A stretch of DNA of 64,000 nt from Takakia lepidozioides (Eukaryota; Plantae; Bryophyta): contig CM060733.1 of the NCBI GenBank assembly GCA_030704615.1, positions 53,320,001 to 53,384,000 of the forward strand, read 5' to 3'. Shown in pieces: positions 52,501 to 63,435 of the stretch; the stretch's first letter is position 1, and each line of letters begins with the position of its first letter. The position numbers and the translations under genes are program-made. The notes beneath the pieces were generated by a model. It worked only from the letters and a program-made list of their open reading frames with translations. It did not search any database and was not told the DNA's origin.

Positions 52501-53282
52501 CCCCGGAAAGAAGACAGAAAGAAAGAAATTTTATAGCACCCATAGGGGAGCCCGAGGCCCCATGGAGACAAAGTAGACTGGGTTATCAGCCCCAAATATT
52601 TGACTTGGATCATGGAGGTTGATATTTGGAACACTGATACCCTTTCCTTGTCTTCTAACACGGATCTAATTGAGGTTGTATTTGGTAATTGTGGCAGTGC
52701 TGACAACAGAAATACAAGCTGGAATGGTGGGGGAGGGGTAATCAGCAGCAGCCTTGGCAAGGGTTCAGGGCCGCTGGGGGAAGCATTATGCCACTCAACA
52801 ATACTCCGAGCAAGAGAGGCAGAAAAGCGGGCTGATCAATCATTTCAAGGAGATACAAGAAATCGCGGCAACCCTTTTGTTTTCTTTGTTTACGGGAGGC
52901 CTCTCTTTCGTTCACTTACAGGCAGTGGGTGAGTTCTCTCCAGGCGGAAAACACTCGACTGAAAATGTATGTAAGAAACCAGCATGCTGCTGTCTGGCTC
53001 CAACATAGTTTCTTTTCTCCTTTCACGGCTCTTGACCGCCTGTCCAATAATCGCTGGAAAAACTATGGAAACGACCATGCTCATCGGCAGATGCGGGAGC
53101 ATTTCTCTGCCATCTGGCCAGAAAAGGAGCCCATGGGGAACATTACAGTCACGGGCGGGCAGGATGGTGCAGATATCATTATGGGATGCACATTAGGTTT
53201 TGCCTTTGCTCTAGGCCTCAGCCTTGCAGGTGCTGGGCTGATGCTGGGATGGAGTATGGGGTGGATCCTCCTTGCTTACTAG
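49527..53282 (+). CDS. Conserved plant protein of unknown function (MAAAEARAVWQRT family, C-terminal transmembrane anchor); frame disrupted in this sequence
   Basis: Exon to 49890 (MAAAEARAVWQRTATNRHLVQEDTVRAPKLAHC); exon ~50849-51630 (WRTANKEA..LVAQKAAERLENCD.PP, read across indels); last exon ~52698-53282 (EALCHS..RAREAEK, REASLSFTYRQWVSSLQAEN, AFALGLSLAGAGLMLGWSMGW). Multiple 1-bp indels mean either sequencing error or a pseudogene. Confidence 0.8.
50124..50213. repeat. Intronic inverted repeat / hairpin (19-bp perfect arms)
   Basis: TAGAATGTGTAGGAGGTGG (50124-50142) and CCACCTCCTACACATTCTA (50195-50213). Confidence 0.9.
50435..50810 (-). mobile_element. TRIM (terminal-repeat retrotransposon in miniature) with tRNA-derived LTRs
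   Basis: LTRs at 50435-50587 and 50667-50810 (TG...CA), with a 5-bp TSD TGCAG (50430-50434 and 50811-50815). On the minus strand there is a PBS TGGTATCAAGAGCC (tRNA-iMet type) and a PPT TGAGGGGGAG. The interior is 79 bp and non-coding. Confidence 0.95.
50456..50536 (-). ncRNA. tRNA-like cloverleaf inside the TRIM LTR (second copy 50687-50759); not a canonical tRNA
   Basis: GGACGGG TAG GCTC AGTGGTA GAGC A C CCACCGA-10nt-TCGGTGG AGGTC CTAGG TTCAATC CCTAG CCCGACC A. The acceptor stem pairs 6/7, the D arm carries the A box, the T arm is perfect with a B box, and the anticodon arm is aberrant. Confidence 0.8.
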
Positions 53283-54107
53283 CACTTGTTTGTTGCCTCG
53301 TTTCTCTCTTCAAGCTGACCCTGGAGTACACTTGAATAATGACGCCACAGTGCATTCTGATTTCAGTTCAGACAAAGGTTTCTTCAGAGAGTGTTGTACT
53401 CAGAGTGATAGGGGACTGGGCCTCTGTTTGTTTCCGGAGATGTCCTGAGAACTGAGCTGTGTGTATCAGTGCGTAAACACCTTAAACCATAAGCCTACGG
53501 TTGTAGTGCCTCCTTGCTTGTAAAACAACGGGCTGAAGTGTTTCTGAGAAATGCTTCGCAGTAAAGTGCTTGTGTGGCTTTCTAGACTATGCAAACTCTT
53601 CATGATATAATTTGATGGAACTGTTGATTCAACAGGAAGTTTGACTGTCCCCAGGTTCATGCTATCAGATGTTACAAGAACCTGAATAATAAACCAAGCC
53701 TTTGTAATTGTTTCTTTTAATAGAGCATCATTGGATGGCCTAATCATGTGCTCCTGCTGACAGAAGAAGAACCTTGTAATCGGTCCTGAGGAAGCCCAAA
53801 AACATACTGTCGATTACACCACTCCCACTTTTAGCCCCTACTGGATATGGAAAGATAGAGCAATGGGTTGAGGTGATGTGCGTCTAAAAAGACAATATTT
53901 TGAACATCTTCACTGGAAAGGATTTGGTGCTTCTCCGCCCTGGGTGGGATTTGAGTGACAAGGTTTGAGCCGAAGTAAAGGACAAAAGTATTGGGATGGG
54001 ATCTAGAAAACGAAATCTGTGGGATAGCTAGACTGGAATCGGTTCATCTCTTTTGTATCACCATCACCCACGCTTCCAGGACGGCTTGAACCCTCACAGA
54101 AATCGAT

Positions 54108-57100
54108 TTGGGCAGCCTACTGCGATGCTTCCGGCACAGGAGTGGGGATGGCAGCGCAAGAGATGTCCTTGTCAAAGCCTCTTGCGGTGAATGGGCAGGA
54201 AGCCTCCCATTAGACAATAGATCTACAGGACAAGCTGCGGAGGTGCGATGTTCATCCAACTTGGCAAAGTCTGGCCCCAGACTCCTGCGAGTGATGTCTG
54301 TAATGCAAGTCCAGCTTTCAGGGACACCGGAGAAAGGTATGCACATGCAAATTTCTGTGGACTTTCTGGGTCTCGAGACCCCGTGTGCGCCCGAGCTACC
54401 ACACTCTCCGTCGACTTTCCGAGTCCATTGCCACAGAACAAATCAAGATCTCTGTCGAAGAAGTTGACGTGGTGGGCATAGAGCAGTGTGATCGTTAACC
54501 TTGTCCTCCTTTCGTCAACTCTCTACAATTTCTTCCGAATTACCTGAAATTCTCTCTTGTTTCCATGTATTGTATAAGAGATTAGTATTAGCGACAGTAC
54601 GCATAGTCCGTGAGTGTTCCCCGGATGTAGCACCACGTTTGTTCTGAAGGTAAGCGTCATAACACTGCTTGCAAAATGCCAAGGGACATCCTACAGCAAG
54701 TGCAAATCAATTTGAGATTCATAATCAATGTGCATTGCAACTATTGCCAAGTAGGATGATAAGGGCATATAGTGCATGCATTGACCACTCCCTTAGAACG
54801 TTGGCTAGAATATACCTGTCCTGGCCCGGAGCCATTTGTAGGGTTTTACCCTGGCAAGGATATACCCAACAACAATGTGTTACAGGAAACTTGTGTATTG
54901 ATAGACAATATGCTAGAAAACAGTACGCTCCGGTAGTCCTCAATTTCACACAGCTGTGACACGTATGATAGTGGTGTTGCTTCTGATGCCATCACAACAG
55001 GCTTGAGAGGAAGAATTCGGTAAAGAGGAAAGACAACATCCAGGGGGGGCCATGGGACAATGCAGAAGAAAAAGAAAAACCATGGCAAAAGCATCAAACA
55101 AGAAAAAGAGAGAGAATGGAAAGTCCTTTTTGCTTTCTGAGACAATTATGATCTGGTGTTTGCGTGCAGGTCAAACAGTGAGCAGAGATGTACTCTGGCG
55201 AGAGTTCTTCACAGATCCATCGCAGTTTTGGGACAACCGGTTTGATAAGGTGAGGCTATCTTCATGGAGGATGTGAAAGAGTTTCTCAGAGGGGCTTGTG
55301 ACTGAAGCTGGCATGCTGATATTTGATTGGCTCCATTCTATCTCCATTTTTCTTAACAACTAGTGATGTCTTGGCTCTTTTGTCTTGAATAAGCAGCAAG
55401 TGTGCAATTTCTACTTTTTTGCTAGGTTTGTCTTCCATGTTAAAATAGTTGCTCAAGCTTGTTCCTTGTTATTTGAAAGATTGTTGGAGCTTTGTCTATT
55501 CAAGGCTATGATTTAAGCTGCTTAGCTGCCCAGTGGTGAATTACACAGAAAAGTCCAAGGTCGCCAGACTTCAGTACAAGGGGCACAAAAGAGGCCCTGT
55601 GGATTGAGGGTTGCTTGAACCCTCCTTGGGTGGAAGCAGAGCTAGCTGCTATGACACAAGGTCAAGCACAAGGTGTCATTGTGAAGACACTATGTTTGGC
55701 AGGACGACTGAAAGAGGCCCTGCACCTTTTGTACCAAGGAGGCATTTTGGCTGACTGTGACACCTATGTTTGTCTCTTGCGGGAGTGCATCAATATGCAA
55801 GGCCTAGCAGAGGGAAAGCAGGTGCATGCCCACATTATTGAGAGTGGGTTTAAGTCCAACATTTTCCTACTCAACACCCTTGTTAATATGTATGCCAAGT
55901 GTGGGAGTTTTGTCGATGCACGTCAAGTGTTTGACAAAATGCCTGCACGAACTTTGTTTACGTGGACTATAATGATTGCAGGATATGTGAAGCACGGGTG
56001 TGGTAGGGAGGCTTTTGAGCTGTATGAGCAAATGATCCAGGAAGGCGTTACACCCAACAAGGTCACGTTCATTTGCATTCTGAAGGCATGTGCCAGCTTA
56101 GAAGCCCTGGAAAAAGGCAAAGAGGTCCATGCTGACATTATCAAAGCTGGAATTGCACCAGATATCATTCTCGAGACTGCCCTTGCTGCAATGTATACCA
56201 AATGCGGAAACACGCAGGATGCCCGTCAAGTTTTTAACAATATGGCTCAACGAGATGTGGTGTCATGGAATGTGATGATCGCAGGATATGCTCAGCATGG
56301 GTGGGGTAGGGATGCTTTCAACACTTATGAGCAAATGTTACAAGAAGGGGCAACGCCTGACAAGGTCACATTCATTTGCGTTCTCAATGCATGTGCCAGC
56401 CTGGCAGACCTGGTAAAGGGCAAGGAGGTCCATGCTGACATCATCAATGCTGGAATTCCATCGTATATAAATTTGGAGAATTCCCTTGTTAATATGTATG
56501 CCAAATGTGGGAGCATGAAGGATGCGCATCAAGTGTTTGACAAGATGATTCAACGAGATGTGTTCTCATGGAGCGCAATGATTGCAGGATATGCTCAGCA
56601 TGGTTGTGGTAGGAAGGCTTTCAAGATGTATGAGCAAATGATACAGGAAGGGGTGACACCCAACAAGGTCACTTTCATTTGCATCCTCAATGTGTGTGCC
56701 AACCTGGCAGCTCTGCAAAAGGGCAAAGAGGTCCATGCTGATATCATCAAAGCTGGTATTGCACCAGATGTCATTCTTGAGACTGCCCTTGTGGACATGT
56801 ATGCCAAATGTGGTAGTGTGAAGGATGGACGTGATGTATTTGTCAATATGGCCGAACTGGATGTGGTCTCATGGAATGCCATGATAGCAGGATATGCGCA
56901 GCAGGGGTGCAGTATGGAGGCTTTTGAGGTATATGAGCAAATGGTAAGGGAAGGGGTGATGCCAGACAAAGTCACGTTCATTGGCATTCTCAATGCATGT
57001 GCCAGCATTGCATCCCTGGAAAAGGGCAGAGAGATACATGCCAACATCATGGAAGCTGGAATTGCTCCTGATATCATTCTGGAGAATACTCTTGTTAATA

Positions 57101-57942
57101 TGTATGGCAAATGCGGGAGCGTAAAGGAGGCACGTCAAGTGTTTAACAACATGGCTGAACGAGATGCAGTCTCATGGAATGCCTTGATTGTAGGATATGC
57201 GCAGCATGGGTATGGTATTGAGGCTTTTGAGATGTATAAGCAAATGACATGTGAAGGGGTGAGACCAGACAAAGTTACGTTCATTTGCATTCTCGATGCC
57301 TGTATCAGCCTGACAGTGTTAGAAAAGGGCAAAGAGGTCCATGCTGATATCATCAAGGCTAGAATGGTGCCAGATGTCATGCTGGAGACTGCCCTTGTCG
57401 ACATGTATGCCAAATGCGGGAGCGTGAAGGATGGCCGTCAGGTCTTTGACAATATGGCTCAACGAAATACAGTGTCATGGAGTGCAATGATTGCAGGGTA
57501 TGGGCAGCATGGGTGTGGTACGGAGGCCCTGCAACTATTTGAACAAATGCAACAGGAAGGTTTCAAGCCAAACAGTATCACCTTTATATGTGTTCTCTCT
57601 GCGTGTAGCCGTCTGGGCCTAGTGGATGAAGGCTGGCACTACTTTGATTCCATGAGTCAAGATTATGGACTAACTCCTACAACAGAGCATTTTGGCTGCA
57701 TGGTGGACCTCCTTGCCCGTGCTGGACGTTTGAATGAGGCAGAGGATTTCATCGCCAAAATTCCATTTGAACCAGATGCTGGGGTGTTGGGGGCCGTGCT
57801 TAGTGCGTGCAGGATTCATGGGAATGTGGAGGTAGCAGAACGTGCAGTAAAACGAAGTGGGATCCATGGGAGGCTGCAACTTATGCGCTGCTATCAAACA
57901 TCAATGCTACTTCTGGCAGGTGGGATGCTAAGGAAGAGGTGA
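54108..57942 (+). CDS. PLS-class PPR protein with N-terminal OSB-type PDF motif; truncated in E1 (possible pseudogene)
   Basis: Putative targeting exon at ~54108-54480 (start and donor unclear). Exon 55170-55249 reads LWREFFTDPSQFWDNRFDK. The exon from 55549 reads KSPRSPDF...EALWIEGCLNPPWVEAELA, followed by 20 regular motifs (L-S-(P-L-S)x5-P2-L2-S2) and E1. A frameshift at ~57854 gives a stop at 57942. Confidence 0.85.
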
Positions 57943-58372
57943 GAAAAATGATGCAGGACAGGGATGTGAGGAAGGAACCAGGGCACAGCTGTGTAGAGGT
58001 GGACAATCAGATGCATACATTCATCCTAGGAGACTGATTGCATCAACAAATTGAGGAAACTCATGCTGAGCTGAAGAGGCGGTACCAGCAGATGGAGAAG
58101 GCTGGGTACATGCCTGACATGCACTTTATAGTGCATGATGGTGACGACGACCAAAATGAATTTATCTTTGTGACCACAATGAGAAACTCACTGTTTCTGT
58201 TAGGCTGACAGCAAGCCCTCTGAACACCTATTCACGTCACCAAAATCTCCAGGTGTGTGACTAACCCCCAATGAACTTCATCTTGAGGTTAGTTTGGCAA
58301 GCAGTTGTTTTACGGGGCCAAACTGTGCTCACTACTTCCAAGATTGCTTTATTCTTGTGGGGATGTGCGTGA
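57855..58372 (+). pseudogene. Decayed E2-DYW (PG-box type) tail of the PPR gene
   Basis: Out of frame: DPWEAATYALLSNINATSGRWD...VRKMMQDRDVRKEPGHSCVEVDNQMHTFILGD* LHQQIEETHAELKR..QQMEKAGYMPD; then LCDHNEKL, QVCD* and HYFQD..SCGD with further indels and stops. Confidence 0.9.
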
Positions 58373-60479
58373 AACAAGTAACTTGCATGGAAGACTGTGC
58401 ATCAGTTCAAACATGAAGTTGGAGTGGATGGGAAGTATAAATTTGGAAGAAATGGCTTGTCGTTGAATGCAATCAGTCACCACTGCACTTCTGCAAGTTG
58501 CCCATGGTGATGATCATCGAACGGCATTAGTGCAGTCACAGAACCTTAATGAAGAGGAGTTGCCAGGGGACAGTGGGGCTGAAGAGAATCCTCATGATAT
58601 GGGGGTTTGCCTTTACACCTCCATGGGGGGTATAGCATTTCTCACTGGGAAGTTTTATCACTTTCTGGAATTGAAGATGAGTGTTGTACGATAATGGAAT
58701 AGGATGGAAGATAATAATGAAAGAAAGATGGTAGGGAGAAACTCTCCAGACGTGCACTCGAGCTTAACTCAACATCGTGTACACATCTATATAACACGTT
58801 GCAGTTCTAACCTCTGATTTTACTGATCCCTACCTGCAAGTGGGACAGATCCTATAAGGCCCCTAGCACCCACCAACCCCATAAACCCTTGAGTCCGCAA
58901 TGGAATATTTTTGCATGTCTTATTACCAGGAAATCTCAGCTGAAAAAGGTTCCTAGAGTACTTTACACAGCAGGCAGTTTTGGTGCCTGCCTGCTGAATA
59001 CTTAATTTCCTTAAAAAAAATTGGTTCGGCAAAGCTGAATGAACTTCATCAGTTTCTGACAATGTTGAGTTTGTGACCTTGCTATGTCTGATAGCTTTTG
59101 GCCTCTTCTATGCTCAGAATTGGGCTCGCGAATTTTTCTTATGTAACTGGGATTACCCACTCAAGTTTGTACCAGTGAGCAAACGCATAATAAGGAGGAA
59201 ATGTGCCTGCAGGATGTGCAGAGTTGGCAGTGAGTGCTCATATGGTAAAAGCCAAGGAACAAGCGCAAACTCAAAGCGGCCAGGCCTGAAGTACACTCGG
59301 CTCTTTTTCCATATGTCACATTGATGTGCCTTGAAGGCTGGACCAAGTGGATTACATATGAAAGGGGGTGAATTTTTCCCCCTCCTCAAGGGCACTAGTG
59401 CACACTAAATCACAAAGCTTTGAGGCTAGAGTGGCCATGACAGCAGGCAGGGTGAGCTTCGAGGGGGGTGTGGCTGACTAATCAAGGAAGGAGAGAAAAA
59501 ACAAGTACCCATCATATTTTCCAAGCACACTAAAGGGGAGCTCTTTGTAGAGCATGGGTGGTTGTGATTGTACATCATTCACGCTGTTGAGGCAGATGGA
59601 CATGTGAGTGGGAGAGTCAACCTTTTGACTCTCCCTTAAGTCTGGCACTAGTGAACATTGGAAGTTTTCCTTCAGTTGCTGCATCACATTTAGTCAATCA
59701 CTGAAATCTTGGGTCTTCATTCTGGGGTATGATGCGATTGCACCACCACCTTAGGATGAGGATTGCAGGTGCCCTCCTCATTCTAGTTGTTGTCTCTTTG
59801 CAAAAATTGTAATCTTTTCACTGTTGCTTCTACATCTCTGAACTCTGGAAATGAAATACCAGACAAACTCTTGCAAGTTCCATGGAGCTTCTTCATTAAT
59901 CCGAGTCCTGGTCACATGCCAGTAGGGCCGCAAAATACACACATGGGCTTGAGCATGAGAAGATATATATCTCACAACAGTGAGCCGCTGAGCAGGAGCA
60001 AATTCAGAGTTCAACTAAAATAGGGAGCTGACAGTTGATCCAGCCTTCCCCATCACAATCTAGAGGGTTCAGGTACTCTACTGCAGAGTCTAATCTAATT
60101 GCTTTTCTGACTAAGGGTACTATCATGCCAACTGAAGTGCCTGCATATGATATGCAGCCAGCCTTATTTGCTCACTTTCAGTAGTCAAATTGAGGAATAT
60201 CTGAGCCCTAGCTTCAAAGTTTTACTGCCACCGTTGAGGACATGTCCTGTTTGGAAAGAAGGCATGTCATCCTGTTTATTTCCGTCTACAACATTTCAGA
60301 TTACAGTTAGAATTCTGTGAAAACAGCAAATTTGCTGATGCCCTCCAGAGAGAGGTCATAGTGAACAGATTCCAGCTCTCTAGAAGGAGACTATCTTACA
60401 TGCTGCGAGTTCAAAATGGTTATGGGAGACCAGCTAGAGCAGCTCCCAGCGATATACACCCTGCTGATGCTGCTTCCTG

Positions 60480-62153
60480 TTACGATGTGGCTTTCTTCAA
60501 AGATGAGAATGCCAACTTAGTACCAACACCTGATCCGGATGTCGTGACAGCAAATTCATCGTACCGGAAACACATCTCTGCCACAAAGAGATTCGCAATG
60601 GTGATTACCAGGTCTTTCCCTGCGCATTGCTTGTTGGCGAGGGTGGGTTCATCCGTCTCCCTGCCATTAGACCAGAAGACATGCCTGAGCAATTTCTCAC
60701 CTTCTCTACCGAGGAAGCGCTTAGGTACAAACTTGTTGGCATCGTCAAAAACCTTGGGATCTCTAGTGACAAATGGCTGGTAACCCCCCAGCAATTCTCC
60801 TTTCTTCACATGGAAAGATGCATCGTGCGACTCGAGTATGAAATCGATTTTGGCCCTTGCGTATTGGTAGGGTACAGGGGGGCTCAGCCGCAGACTTTCA
60901 TAGACCACTGATTTCACCAATGGCATGCTCTCAAGAGCTTTCATGGTGAGCCCTCCGTTGGCCTTTGCTGCGGCCCTCACCTCGTCAGCAAGCTCCTTCT
61001 GCAGCTCAGGGCCACTGTCCATCAAAAACTTGATAATCTCGGGGAAGAGAATATTGAATCCACCAAATGCATTGAAGCCGATAAAGAAGAGCAAGTTGTG
61101 CGTGGCCTCATCTCTGTCCAGCCCAGACTCCTCGGCCATGTCGAGAGCATCGGTGGCGTGCGTTTTGAAGAAATTGAAGAGCGTATCGTATTGCTTTTTC
61201 ACTAGGAAGTAAGGCACACGGAAGGAGTGTACAGTAAGCTCCTCAATGATATGCGGAAGTCCAAAGGGAAAAATTGGTGCTAGCTGCCCTGCAGTCCACA
61301 AAGTGACATAACTAGAACCGTTGGTGCCAAGACTTGCCTCGCCGGGAGCTACTGGATCCCTGTGCACAATGGCGCGCACCATAAAGTTGAAGGCAAATTG
61401 GGACAACTCGTCGGAGAAGCTGGGCTGTTCATTCTTTGCCAAGGCATTCTCCCACGCAGTGAAGGACTCATTGATAGCCTTGCTGAATTCGGGGATAAAC
61501 CTTCTGCCGTTGTTTTTCAAGACGTTGAAGCAAAATTGCTTCAGCTTGGAGTGGCGCTCCTCAGAGGGATCCAACCACGGAACCAAGCGGAATCCCCCGT
61601 AGTAACTCAAACTGGGCATGTACGTTCCCGTGAACACGTCCTTCTTCTCCACTTTACTCAGATCAAACAAAACGGGGAAGCTACTCTGGTCTAGCAGCAT
61701 AATTACTCTTGAATCTGGAAACCCAGGAGGCCCGGGCGGCATGTTCACGCGGTACACTGTGCTCTTGTACTTGTCCACACGGCTCTGAAAGAACTTCTCC
61801 AACCCCTGGAACCAGAAAAAGTCTAACCGATCCTTGATTGCACCTAAGACAGGGACACCATAGCCGCCCGGAATCTCCCTCAGAGGAAGATTTGAGCTTG
61901 AGCCTCCGGCCTCCGATGCCGGGGCCACTGTTTCATCCGAGGTGGCGACGGAGCAAGTTTCTCCAGCTCTACGAGTCTCACGAACTGATCTGATCGAGCG
62001 CGCCATGTTCGGCTTCAAACGCTGCCCACTATATTGTTCTCGCAATCTTAGAGTGTTTCCTTCTAAAGAAAACAACTCCGGCTTTCTAGACACTCCAAAT
62101 GCTGACCCTCGTCTCAATACGGATCCCACGGTGCATTGGGTCAGGGCGTCCAT
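60480..62153 (-). CDS. CYP74: CYP74-family cytochrome P450 (allene oxide synthase / hydroperoxide lyase clan), plastid-targeted, intronless, 557 aa
   Basis: LPLREIPGGYG, RVNMPPGPP, KDVFTGTYMPS, I-helix GFNAFGG, ESLR (ExxR), WSNGRET and the heme ligand NKQCAGKD with the CYP74 insertion. The N-terminus is S/R-rich and transit-peptide-like. Confidence 0.97.
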   Translation of the reverse strand: MDALTQCTVGSVLRRGSAFGVSRKPELFSLEGNTLRLREQYSGQRLKPNMARSIRSVRETRRAGETCSVATSDETVAPASEAGGSSSNLPLREIPGGYGVPVLGAIKDRLDFFWFQGLEKFFQSRVDKYKSTVYRVNMPPGPPGFPDSRVIMLLDQSSFPVLFDLSKVEKKDVFTGTYMPSLSYYGGFRLVPWLDPSEERHSKLKQFCFNVLKNNGRRFIPEFSKAINESFTAWENALAKNEQPSFSDELSQFAFNFMVRAIVHRDPVAPGEASLGTNGSSYVTLWTAGQLAPIFPFGLPHIIEELTVHSFRVPYFLVKKQYDTLFNFFKTHATDALDMAEESGLDRDEATHNLLFFIGFNAFGGFNILFPEIIKFLMDSGPELQKELADEVRAAAKANGGLTMKALESMPLVKSVVYESLRLSPPVPYQYARAKIDFILESHDASFHVKKGELLGGYQPFVTRDPKVFDDANKFVPKRFLGREGEKLLRHVFWSNGRETDEPTLANKQCAGKDLVITIANLFVAEMCFRYDEFAVTTSGSGVGTKLAFSSLKKATS

Positions 62154-63213
62154 AGCGCCTGGAGCTTCTGGAGAGAAACTCGGGCCTCTCTCTTAGTCCC
62201 GAACCAGGAAAGTAGCTCGCTAGAAGAGCACTACACTCACTCTAGATGAATGCGATGAGCTGACGACCCAACAGGAATTTCAAACCCAGAGAGAGAAGAG
62301 TTGCAGAGAATTTAGAGAGAGGGATCAGAGTGAGAGAGATGTCGAACCTTCAAGTCTTCAGATCTGAGAAAGCTCCTGGAAAATCAACACTGCACTCACT
62401 AGTGCTGTATGCAACGGAATCCTTCACGTTTTTTTTCAAAACACCCCCAGTCCACCCGTACCCACAAGGAGTGAAAGCAAGAAATGTCATACACTGAAAG
62501 CTTCAACAGCTTCTGCAGACACTGTGATAAACGAGAGAGAGAGAGAGAAGAGTCGGAGGCGACACGAGGTGCTCGCTACAAATTATGTTTTTTATATGTT
62601 TTAGTAACTACCAGGGATCGGCCCATATATTAGGGATGAGGCCTATATGTCATTCTTTATTACATCATATCTCAAATGCTGATCCTTTATATATTTTTTT
62701 GGCTTTAATAAGTTCTGAAAAAACTGTCCCCTGTTCATCAAAAAAAAAAATTGGAGACTATAGTCTTACAATAGAGCACCCCTTTTCCTCAAAAAAAGGG
62801 AAAAAAAAAGAGCAGGAATAGGGTCCCTAAGTGCCACATCATGATCGTTTTCTGTCAAACTGCCCGAATTGACTGGAATTCTATCCATAAATGAAACTAT
62901 GAAAGTATGTACTGTACCTGAAAGTTATTTTTTGGGTTTGACAGAGTCGTACATTCTTTGAGTCAGACTTTAGTAAAGGAGAGCACTGGGATGTACATAG
63001 GTGAGGAACTCAGAAAAAGGTGAAATGAAAAAGGTAAAATATTCCTAGTAAAACAATAATTTGATAGCATTTTCATCATTTTTCAGCAAATCTCAAAAAA
63101 TTTACACCCACCATCAAAATTTATAATGTCAGCGCATATAGGGTGGGTGAGGCTCAAATTTGTTGTGGTGGTAAGTGGAAAATAATCATAATAATAATAA
63201 GATATTAGGTCAG

Positions 63214-63312
63214 AGGTAAAGCCCTGGCCCCAGGACTTTCCTGAATTTGAGACGCCTGTCCCGAGGGCAGGGGTCAAAAATCCCGGAAAGTCCAAGGGCG
63301 AGGGCGTTACCT
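63214..63312. repeat. ~100-bp imperfect foldback (MITE-like)
   Basis: AGGTAAAGCCCTGGCCCCAGGACTTTCC pairs with GGAAAGTCCAAGGGCGAGGGCGTTACCT, with an inner cctgtcc/gggcagg stem. Confidence 0.75.
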
Positions 63313-63366
63313 TTCGTAAAGCACAGCCACGTATTTATCGTGCCGTTAGAAAGCAGAATTCATGGG

Positions 63367-63435
63367 GGTGCATTCTGCATTTCGGAATGCACCGCATCAG
63401 CTCCCTCGAGTGCATTCCGAAATGCAGAATGCACC
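63367..63435. repeat. Perfect 26-bp inverted repeat with self-palindromic arms
   Basis: GGTGCATTCTGCATTTCGGAATGCAC (63367-63392), a 17-nt spacer, then GTGCATTCCGAAATGCAGAATGCACC (63410-63435). Confidence 0.95.

Noticed and set aside
55923-57413. Repeating antisense ORFs opposite the PPR array
   Set aside because: Shadows of the repetitive sense coding sequence; the same applies to plus-strand ORFs over CYP74.
62425-62430. T/G-box (CACGTT) as a jasmonate/MYC element for CYP74
   Set aside because: A single hexamer is expected by chance; unsupported without conservation data.
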